59,605 nucleotides of DNA from Gammaproteobacteria bacterium. Lineage in GTDB: Bacteria > Pseudomonadota > Gammaproteobacteria > Arenicellales > Poriferihabitantaceae. Under the pieces are notes generated by a model. That model saw only the letters and a program-made list of their open reading frames with translations, searched no databases and was not told the DNA's origin. Position numbers and translations under genes: made by a program. The stretch covers positions 1 through 59,605 of the forward strand of contig JAUVBY010000004.1 of NCBI GenBank assembly GCA_030590945.1, written 5' to 3'. Shown here one piece after another: positions 1 through 7,306 of this stretch; the stretch's first letter is position 1; every line of letters begins with the position of its first letter.

Positions 1-237
1 ATAATAACCTTCAGTGGTACCGCAATTGGTGATCGTGATTGGGGTGGTAGTGGCGCTATAGCGGCCGATGGCACCTTTTCTTTCAATGTTGTATTTACTC
101 GACCTGACAGACCCGCCGTGAATGAAACGATTTCTGGTACTGTTAGTGCTGATTGCCTCAGTATTTTCGGTTCACTGACAGATTGGGGAGATTTCAACGG
201 CGACATTGTGACTTCTAAAGAGCAGTGCCCTATTTGA
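1..237 (+). CDS. 3' part of a hypothetical beta-rich exported-type protein (5' end outside window); probable paralog of 6525..7007
   Basis: Frame 1 is open from base 1 to TGA at 235-237 ([31 protein letters not shown]...[36 protein letters not shown]) and is followed by a terminator; not in the ORF track. Confidence 0.7.
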   Translation: MITFSGTAIGDRDWGGSGAIAADGTFSFNVVFTRPDRPAVNETISGTVSADCLSIFGSLTDWGDFNGDIVTSKEQCPI

Positions 238-273
238 TATAATTTGAGTTTCCGGGTAAAACAGCATTAAAGT

Positions 274-299
274 AAGCCGCCTACCGAGGCGGTTTTTTA
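274..299 (+). terminator. Rho-independent terminator (target site of the group II intron)
   Basis: AAGCCGCCT-ACCG-AGGCGGTTTTTT: GC stem followed by a U tract. Confidence 0.9.
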
Positions 300-302
300 T
301 TG

Positions 303-954
303 GTGCGCCAGGCATGGCGCGTAGTGCCATAACTGGCGCTGTTCCGAACCACGTGGTGGTGTTCGGATGACTTGGAGGTGAAAGTCCTCTATCGGCCCGA
401 CAAGGGGAACGATTAGCCGGTCGGCAAGGGTGTCCATCGTGAGGTGGAATCTGAAGGAAGCCGCAGGCAAAACACTGGCTCGACGAACAGAAATCGCATA
501 TGAGGCGGTCGCAGTGGGTAAGAAGGCCAATATCTTCAAAGCCCGATACTTGTACGGAAACTGCGGACGTAGATGCGGGGGGCATAAGTGTGAAAGTCAC
601 GTGCATTACCCTGGGAGGTCAGCGCTCTTGCCACAGGCTACCGGCATCGTGAGATGTTGGAATGAGAGTACAGAAGTCAGCAGAGGCCATATTAGGTTTG
701 TCACCACAAACTGAAGGGCTGAACTTGTAAATGATGTTAAGTAAACGATCTCTGATTATTTAGAACAGATGCTCGAAAGAGGCCTTTAAACCCGTAAGAA
801 GTGGAAGACAGTATCTGAAGCTTGGGTTGGGTGTTTATTGAATGTCAGGCGACGTATTACAATGACAACTGATTTTGCAGGAACCGCCGTGGTACGGAAC
901 CGTGTGCCCGGTGGTGTGAGAGGACGGCGGGAGTAATCCTGCCTCCTACTCGAT
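303..954 (+). mobile_element. Group II intron, bacterial class C (IIC), ORF-less (no reverse transcriptase)
   Basis: 5' end GTGCGCCAGGCATGGCGCGT; DII/DIII motifs AGAAGTCAGCAGAGGCCATA and GAAGGGCTGAAC; domain V GAACCGCCGTGGTACGGAACCGTGTGCCCGGTGG with CGC triad (881-914); domain VI ending CCTACTCGAT; inserted 3 nt after a terminator; removing it restores a sequence 39/42 identical to 7037-7078. Confidence 0.93.
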
Positions 955-967
955 CCCAAAATGTCCG

Positions 968-1010
968 TATATGGACTCCTCCTCGCTTGCAAGCAATCTG
1001 TATACTGACG
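968..1010 (-). mobile_element. Possible right-end remnant of an IS1111-type (IS110 family) element, no transposase
   Basis: Minus strand reads GTCAGTATACAGATTGCTTGCAAGCGAGGAGGAGTCCATATA, resembling IS1111/IS4321 right ends (TTGCAA -35 box, sub-terminal IR, then TATA); recognised from memory of the family. Confidence 0.45.
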
Positions 1011-1226
1011 ATTAAGTACGTTGATTAAATAATGGGCATTCAAAATGCCAGTAAAAAATGGACCATGCCGACACAGCCTCAGCCTTTTCATGACGTCATT
1101 TGAATCAAATGTCTGGCTCAATGGGGCTATCTATATGGCAACAATTTCTGAGATAAACCGGTAAGGCTATATGCAGGCTGAAAATCCTGTCGGGATCTGT
1201 GGGTAAAATTCACCTAATTAAAGCAC

Positions 1227-1242
1227 TGCGGCATTATGCCGC
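1227..1242. promoter_or_regulatory. Palindromic RegA/PrrA/RoxR-like operator upstream of the DsrE-family gene
   Basis: TGCGGCATTATGCCGC fits GCGRC-N5-GYCGC; an identical 16-mer lies upstream of coxB. Confidence 0.55.
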
Positions 1243-1308
1243 TTTTCTGGATTTATGCTGCTCAATATAATTAATATTTTATTAACTACTTATTGAAGAG
1301 GTTTTATC

Positions 1309-1773
1309 ATGATCAACAGCCGAAAATCCCGTATCACGCTATTCTCAGCCTTTATATTTTTATTTTTCAGCGCCTTTTCAGTTGCACAGGCTGAAGATGC
1401 AAAAGGAGGTTTGTTTGTAAATTTAACCACTGATGACACCTGGGCTGCCACCAAAGCCATTATGTTTGCGCATCAAAAAGTCTTGAAAACGGGGCATAAA
1501 CCGGTGGCAATCTGGTTGAATGTGCGAGGCATCTATCTTGCCGATAAAAAGCGGGCTTCTCACGTACATGGCTTGATGCGCGAGAAGAATTTATCGATCC
1601 AAGATATGTTGGTAGCGTTTATGAAGGACGGTGGGATCGTGATCGCCTGTGGCGCTTGTTCTAAGGCGGCCGGCTTAAATAAAGATGATTTCATTGATGG
1701 AATACAAATGGGCAACCCGGAACTTGTGAATGGCCTGTTGTTCGATCCAGCGGTTAAAACGCTAGCTTGGTAA
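1309..1773 (+). CDS. DsrE/DsrF-like family protein with signal peptide
   Basis: Signal peptide, LFVNLTTDD, VAIWLNVRG and IACGACSKAAG motifs; RBS GAGG. Confidence 0.8.
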   Translation: MINSRKSRITLFSAFIFLFFSAFSVAQAEDAKGGLFVNLTTDDTWAATKAIMFAHQKVLKTGHKPVAIWLNVRGIYLADKKRASHVHGLMREKNLSIQDMLVAFMKDGGIVIACGACSKAAGLNKDDFIDGIQMGNPELVNGLLFDPAVKTLAW

Positions 1774-2169
1774 ATAACAGACATCCTTGCTTCACCGTGT
1801 TCCTGACTCGCCATGCACTTGAGCCGACTGAAGCAGGGATAGTTTTTATCTGGGGAAGTGCTTATTAAAACTGGCAAATCTCCTATATAACTAACTCATA
1901 CGTTTTAACTAGTGTTTACGATGGGGAAGCCGCCTCCTAAGCGGCGGGCCGGACGCTCGAATCGTCTCCATGCCAATCAGATCGGCCTAAATTGATCACT
2001 GTCCGCTTTAGAGAGCTTCCAGCGAAGGCCGAAAGTCGCCTCTCGATAAGTTTTCTTGAAAGGCGGCTTAGGGCTGAGCAGTCGTTTTGGCGCGCATCGA
2101 TACTTCTTTATTGCGGGAAAAATGGTGTTTATACTTCCTGTACTCTCTAACATATAAAGGTGTTGAATA

Positions 2170-3066
2170 GTGGAATCGCTATGGGTGTTTGCTGCGCTTG
2201 GCACGGCTACATGCTTTGCGGTAACAAGTTTGCTTGCCTACAATGCAGCTCGCGCCCTGGGGGTCGTCGTGTTTAGTTTTGTTAGAATGGCTATAGTGGC
2301 AATCGGTTTCGCGGCATACACGTTGATATCGGGTTTTGATACAACGATGCAAGTTTCCGATATCAGATTACTCGTCATATCCGGCGTTTTAGGCATGTTT
2401 TTTGCGGACACATTTCGATATTCATCGCTCATACGTATCGGTCCACAGCTTCAAGCGCTGCTAAATACGACAACTGCGCCCTTCGCATTGCTATTGGGCT
2501 TCCTGATCCTTGGTCAAGTCGTTAGCGGGCTGTCGCTAGTTGGCGTTAGTGTCGTCTTTGCGGGAATATTGTTGGTTATCGTTTCGCGTGACCCATCAGC
2601 ACTTGGTCGATTTTCGGGCGATAAGGATGGCATAGTGCCAGGGGTGCTATTTAGTATAGCATCGGCACTTATGCAGGCTGGCAGCCTTCTGATCGCAGCG
2701 CCTGTGATGCTACAGGGCATAGACCCCATTTCTGCCATGGTCGTGAGATCGGCAGCAGGTGCAGGCAGCCTATTGTTGCCCGCCCTGATCTCCAAGAAAA
2801 GCAGGGACAAAATCCGAACCATGAACCTTACCGTTGCACGACAAATCCTCCTGGTCGCGGTGATTGGCCCAGGTCTTGGAATGACCTTGCAACTCTATGC
2901 ACTCGCTACCGGGCCCGTTGGCATTGTGTCTACTCTGTCTTCGACAACACCTCTTATTATCTTGCCGTTGCTCTGGGTTATCGGCAAATCCCGACCGGGT
3001 TTGTTTTCATGGCTTGGGGCGCTCACCGGAATCCTGGGTGTTTGGCTGATCGTCAGCACAGGCTGA
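2170..3066 (+). CDS. DMT/EamA family transporter
   Basis: 298 aa, about 10 TM segments in two EamA-like halves. Confidence 0.85.
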   Translation: MESLWVFAALGTATCFAVTSLLAYNAARALGVVVFSFVRMAIVAIGFAAYTLISGFDTTMQVSDIRLLVISGVLGMFFADTFRYSSLIRIGPQLQALLNTTTAPFALLLGFLILGQVVSGLSLVGVSVVFAGILLVIVSRDPSALGRFSGDKDGIVPGVLFSIASALMQAGSLLIAAPVMLQGIDPISAMVVRSAAGAGSLLLPALISKKSRDKIRTMNLTVARQILLVAVIGPGLGMTLQLYALATGPVGIVSTLSSTTPLIILPLLWVIGKSRPGLFSWLGALTGILGVWLIVSTG

Positions 3067-3364
3067 GTTTGTGGTTACGTACGGCGTCATCACAGATTTG
3101 GGCAAGCGCTGTCCTGCGTTCTGATTGAGCGGCTGCTTTGGTAAAAGGGAGAATGCAGGGTAGATTGCTGTGCCGCGTCAGACAATAACCGGCCTAAAAG
3201 AGATATCCGTTGCCACGGTGTAATCTAGGTCCAAATATGAGCAAACTGCTAATACTATCTCGCAAAATCGTTCAATGCGTCCATGCGGGGAATGATATTA
3301 AATTGACTATTCTGTCTGTTCAGGGGTTGGGTGTCTGAAATCGCTCATTGGATTTATCAGTTGA

Positions 3365-3661
3365 TCAATGGTTTTCAGCTTCAATATAGCGACCATAATT
3401 TGTAATATGATCATTTAAATTATCGACAAGCATCGCCCTAAATTGTTCTGTAAAATATTGTATCGCTTCATCTTTGTCTTTCTTCATATCTTCTACGCCG
3501 TCAGACATTGAGGCAACAATAAATGAACTATATCTTGCCCCTGCATACAGTAATGAAGCATTTACTTTTTCATGGGTCTCATCGCTACTTTGTTCGTTGG
3601 CAAGGTGGATAAATTGATCAGCCCTTCCACGAAATGCTTTATCGTTAATTTCATCGCTCAT
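3365..3661 (-). CDS. DUF3144-like protein
   Basis: FRGRADQFIHLANEQ...VNASLLYAGARY...QFRAMLVDNLND pattern; ATG at 3661. Confidence 0.75.
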   Translation of the reverse strand: MSDEINDKAFRGRADQFIHLANEQSSDETHEKVNASLLYAGARYSSFIVASMSDGVEDMKKDKDEAIQYFTEQFRAMLVDNLNDHITNYGRYIEAENH

Positions 3662-4099
3662 ATTTGATTCCAAATCATTTTATAAAACAGGTTATACCGT
3701 AGTAAATATCGGTTTTGTTTCCGCCCGCCCTTAAAAGGAAGTAGATTAAAATTCCAGTGCTACGTTATTACTTTAGAGAGCTGCACCAGGGCTGCTACCC
3801 GAAAGTCATTCAAACACAAAATACCGGTAAAATTGCACCCCAGTCAGGACCAGTCGGACAGTTTAACCTGATTACATAAGAGACGCAGTATTCTGGTGAT
3901 ATCTTCAGGGACATATATCTTGATCGGCATTTTGATCTCCTTGGTCGGTTCAGTTTAAATCATTTACCATCTCGAAATGTAGAGCCGCTTTTGGGGGCAG
4001 GTCACTTGACACAGATAATTTAACATTGTAGATTAAGTGTGTCGCCTAAATAACGAATATTTAAGGTAAAAAAATAATATTAGAGTGTGGGATTAGTAA

Positions 4100-4681
4100 A
4101 TGATCAAAAACCTGACTATATCTTTAGTCGCAATTTGTACGCTGACCGGCTGTGAAGACTGGTGGGAAGGCTTATCAAGCACTGGCGGAGGCTCTGAAAA
4201 GCCAGTTCCTACGCAGGTAGTTAGTTTATCGACCGACACAACATCAAATATTACGCCTGACGCGCTAACGGGTAGTGCCAGCGATACATCCACCCCGAAC
4301 ACTAGTAACGATACCAAAGATGTTGCAGCTAATGCCAAGCCCACGGATGCCCCGATTGAAGCCGCGAGCGCTGAATCGAAGGACGCTTTGGATAAATGCG
4401 TGATCGGTAGATACGCTTTTATTACTACGCGCGATAATAAAACGCACTTCGACGCTCATTTCGAGGCAGGTGGTCATATACGCTATAACCTGAAAGACGG
4501 GCCGAGCGGTAAGTGGTCGCTAGATGGTGACAATATGGATGTTTATGGGCCTCTCAAGATGCCTGGAAAAAAGTACACCACGCTGCATATGGTCGTTTCC
4601 AGGCGAGCATCGGATTGCAAAGTTTTGGAGTTCCTGGGTAAGTCACCAGGCGGGCAGAGCCTGGCAGGAAGGCGAATGTAA
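4100..4681 (+). CDS. Hypothetical lipoprotein
   Basis: Lipobox LTGC, Ser/Thr-rich linker, C-terminal beta-type domain with two Cys. Confidence 0.75.
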   Translation: MIKNLTISLVAICTLTGCEDWWEGLSSTGGGSEKPVPTQVVSLSTDTTSNITPDALTGSASDTSTPNTSNDTKDVAANAKPTDAPIEAASAESKDALDKCVIGRYAFITTRDNKTHFDAHFEAGGHIRYNLKDGPSGKWSLDGDNMDVYGPLKMPGKKYTTLHMVVSRRASDCKVLEFLGKSPGGQSLAGRRM

Positions 4682-4998
4682 TTTCGCGACTATAAATCGC
4701 AGATATGGCTGCGTGATCGCAATATGTTTAGAATAATTGTTAGTGAGCCACTTACCGGACTTCGCCTAAAACCGTAGACACCAAGAGTAATTTTAAGCCC
4801 GCTATATGGACTATATTAAGGCCATTTTATTTATAGGGGTAGCCACCTACCTGTAAGCTATTGTTGATTCTGTAACATGCCTGCCGCGTGCTTTACAATG
4901 AACCAAAAAGAATACACACCTCGCCACCACTGACTTTGCGCCTGAAACAGCCTTCCAAAATGACTGTTACTCGCTCGAACTGGTCATTTCGTACAATC

Positions 4999-5057
4999 GC
5001 CTAACGTCTGCCTCAGACGCGCCATTTTTTGGCGCCGCTCTGGGGCAATTGTTATGT
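4999..5057 (-). mobile_element. Integron attC recombination site (59 bp)
   Basis: Minus strand ACATAAC-AATTG-CCCCAGAGCGGCGCC-AAAAAAT-GGCGCGTCTGAGG-CAGAC-GTTAGGC: inverse core ending TAAC, imperfect inner stem, core GTTRRRY. Confidence 0.8.
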
Positions 5058-5106
5058 TCTTGCATCTAAAAGAGTGCTTTCTAAATGTGTGATTCAGAAA
5101 TCATAG

Positions 5107-5211
5107 TTACCTTTTATTGGCTTTCTTTTCCCTTTTTTCATTACGCTTTTCTTTCAATGTTTTTTCAGGTTTCTTTTTATCTGTTTTTTGTGCATCTCGA
5201 CCTTTAGCCAT
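5107..5211 (-). CDS. 34-aa lysine-rich small protein carried on an integron-type cassette
   Basis: AAGGAGAG RBS, then MAKGRDAQKTDKKKPEKTLKEKRNEKREKKANKR*; lies between core GTTATGT (5275) and the attC. Confidence 0.75.
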   Translation of the reverse strand: MAKGRDAQKTDKKKPEKTLKEKRNEKREKKANKR

Positions 5212-5533
5212 AATTCTCTCCTTACTATTTGTTAATTATTAAACGCCTTTAACTAGATTGTATCTAGAACATAACAACTATTATACACCTTGGTAAGGTG
5301 TATAAAACTTATTTGAAATGCGTGCAATGTCACGGGGAAAATCGAAAAATAAATCTGGATCAATGACAGCTAATCGCCTTGAGTTCAATCGATCAACGCA
5401 ATACTTTATCAAACAAAAATCGTTCTCATTAGTCTTAACTGCTGGATGTTTGCCTATGAGAACAGGCTTTATATTCAGCATTAAATAGTATATAATGCTA
5501 TTCTTATATGCATCCAAACACAGGAAAACTACC

Positions 5534-5749
5534 ATGTCTATAGAACGTACACTATTCGCATTTGGCGGCATCATGGTGATGCTTACATCACTTCTCGCTA
5601 TCTTTCACAACCCCAACTGGACCTGGTTTACTTTATTTGTAGGCTTTAACTGTTTTCAAAGCTCATTCACCGGATTCTGTCCGCCGGCATGGGCCATGAA
5701 AAAGTTTGGAATGAAATCAGAAGCAGAACTGGCCAGCACTAATAAATAA
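5534..5749 (+). CDS. DUF2892 (YgaP-like) inner membrane protein
   Basis: MSIER...FVGFNCFQSSFTGFCP motif; RBS AGGA. Confidence 0.85.
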   Translation: MSIERTLFAFGGIMVMLTSLLAIFHNPNWTWFTLFVGFNCFQSSFTGFCPPAWAMKKFGMKSEAELASTNK

Positions 5750-5814
5750 GCCCGGGCAGTTTATATGTAAATTTTCTGTTGTAGAAAAATAGAGTTTTTT
5801 GAAAAGATTAAGTG

Positions 5815-5968
5815 TCCCCCTTTTGCAAAGGGGGGGGCGAGGGCGATTATGAACAGTTAATGAACAGTTAATGAACAGTTAATGAACAGTTAATGAACAT
5901 TAGTGTAATTCAATATTGCTTATTCGATTCTAAATCTCCCCCAACCCCTTTTTGTCAAAGAGGGGAGC
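5815..5968. repeat. Inverted pair of CCCC-TTT/AAA-GGGG REP-like palindromes enclosing an 11-bp tandem repeat
   Basis: TCCCCCTTTTGCAAAGGGGGGGG...GATT and AAATCTCCCCCAACCCCTTTTTGTCAAAGAGGGGA; ATGAACAGTTA x4 plus 7 nt at 5849-5899. Confidence 0.8.
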
Positions 5969-6402
5969 ATTCGAGATTGATTTGGCGGGTTTAGATTTTA
6001 TCCAGCTTACGTAAGCCATTTGGTAGCAGCTTCAGGTCTGCCATGCCCGCTACCAGTGCTTTGCCAAAACTCGCTTCTTCTTCATAGACCATTTTGTAGT
6101 ACAGGCATAAAGGTGATGCAGTTACTGTAAGTTATTGTTTGTTAAATTATTATAGACATCTAAATATTGCTAGTTTATTCTCAAGGTGGAATGCTAGGTG
6201 GAATTAGTTATAAAAATCCACATAAACCAGTAAGAACAATTACTTCCTACTGCCTTTAAGACTGATTTTTATGAAACTGTATGACTAACCATTAAATACA
6301 TCCAGTTCTAACTGTATGCAACCTGTATGCCTATGGAGCCTGAAAATTATCTTTTTCACATAGCTTAATCTTAGGTGTTAATGCATCGCCCCTAAGGGTT
6401 CT

Positions 6403-6437
6403 AAAATGTCCGCTGCATACACCTTAGCCGACATTTT
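6403..6437. repeat. Hairpin site AAAATGTCCGCT-N11-AGCCGACATTTT; left arm directly repeated at 7067-7080 and partly at 955-967
   Basis: Near-perfect 12-bp inverted repeat; CTAAAATGTCCGCT identical at 6401-6414 and 7067-7080. Confidence 0.7.
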
Positions 6438-6524
6438 ATTTCAGGGCATAGCTAGTTTCCCACTGTACTGGTAAGTAAACAGTAAATCACATAGACTTGT
6501 CGAAAAATTAACTAGGAAACAATA

Positions 6525-7007
6525 ATGACCGACAAGAAATCAAACGATAGCAGACGTAAACTGCTCAAATCCATTGCTGCTGGGTCTGGTGCTGTGGTAG
6601 CAGGTAAGTCTCTCCCAGAGTCTTGGAGCAAGCCTGTAATCAACTCGATAGTGCTTCCGTCACACGCTGCATTAACAGACGGAGGGGATGCATCAACCAC
6701 GCCAGAAGCTACTACTACTCCAGAGTGTTGTCTTGTTGTCGGTACTTACTGTTTTTCAAATTTTTATGAAGGTGATGATTTAATTATATACGTAGCTGCT
6801 AGTGGAAAGATTACCTTCGACATAGATGGAGTCAGCGAATTTGGTACTACTATCTTATGCACGGGAGAAGATTTTTCTGCCGCTAATGGGGGTTACACAG
6901 TAAAAGGCCATATTGGCTGTAATGCAACATCTATAATCGGTACAATATCAGTTACAGATGGCCCTCCTAATATCCCATACGAAGCAAAACCTGAGAATTG
7001 TGGCTAA
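6525..7007 (+). CDS. Exported hypothetical protein with twin-arginine-type leader and WxKPV..I.LPxHA motif
   Basis: SRRKLLK, hydrophobic stretch, LPESWSKPVINSIVLPSHA, Thr/Pro linker, Cys-containing beta-rich C-terminus; RBS AGGA. Confidence 0.85.
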   Translation: MTDKKSNDSRRKLLKSIAAGSGAVVAGKSLPESWSKPVINSIVLPSHAALTDGGDASTTPEATTTPECCLVVGTYCFSNFYEGDDLIIYVAASGKITFDIDGVSEFGTTILCTGEDFSAANGGYTVKGHIGCNATSIIGTISVTDGPPNIPYEAKPENCG

Positions 7008-7036
7008 CTAAGCTGAGATTCCTATTTAAAGATATC

Positions 7037-7062
7037 AAGCCGCCTTCCGAGGCGGTTTTTTA
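7037..7062 (+). terminator. Rho-independent terminator; intron-free copy of the site at 274
   Basis: AAGCCGCCTTCCGAGGCGGTTTTTT. Confidence 0.9.
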
Positions 7063-7153
7063 TGGCCTAAAATGTCCGCTTCGGTTAAGGATTGTTAGAC
7101 AACTGCGCACATTCCCATCCATTGAATGACACGTCGATTTCTGCTGCGCAGAT

Positions 7154-7204
7154 GTTTAACAATCGATCAAGTAGGAAACCGCGGGGCTTAATTCGGTGCT
7201 ATGG
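7154..7204 (+). mobile_element. Degenerate attC-like site
   Basis: GTTTAAC-AATCG-ATCAAG...GCTTAAT-TCGGT-GCTATGG; a matching core GTTAGAC lies at 7094-7100. Confidence 0.45.
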
Positions 7205-7306
7205 GGAGGGGAGAGTAGAGGGGCGGGGTTGGATGCAATTTAACAGTAGACACCCTTGATACTGTGCAATAATGAGCACATTTAGGTACTTAAAAAACAA
7301 ACACCG

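Noticed and set aside
172-714. ORFs 172..606, 297..539 and 430..714
   Set aside because: They are translations of group II intron RNA domains, have no RT motifs and are not credible genes
786-1121. 111-aa minus-strand ORF
   Set aside because: Antisense to intron domains V/VI and the IS-like remnant; no recognisable protein features
1774-1847. Hairpin after the DsrE gene as a possible attC
   Set aside because: It has TAAC and an 11-bp inverted repeat but no GTTRRRY core at the right spacing
4017-4045. ATTTAACAT as a chromosomal dif site
   Set aside because: Only part of the XerD arm matches; spacer and XerC arm do not fit
5849-5899. Tandem repeat as a CRISPR array
   Set aside because: 11-bp units are contiguous with no spacers and no cas genes are present
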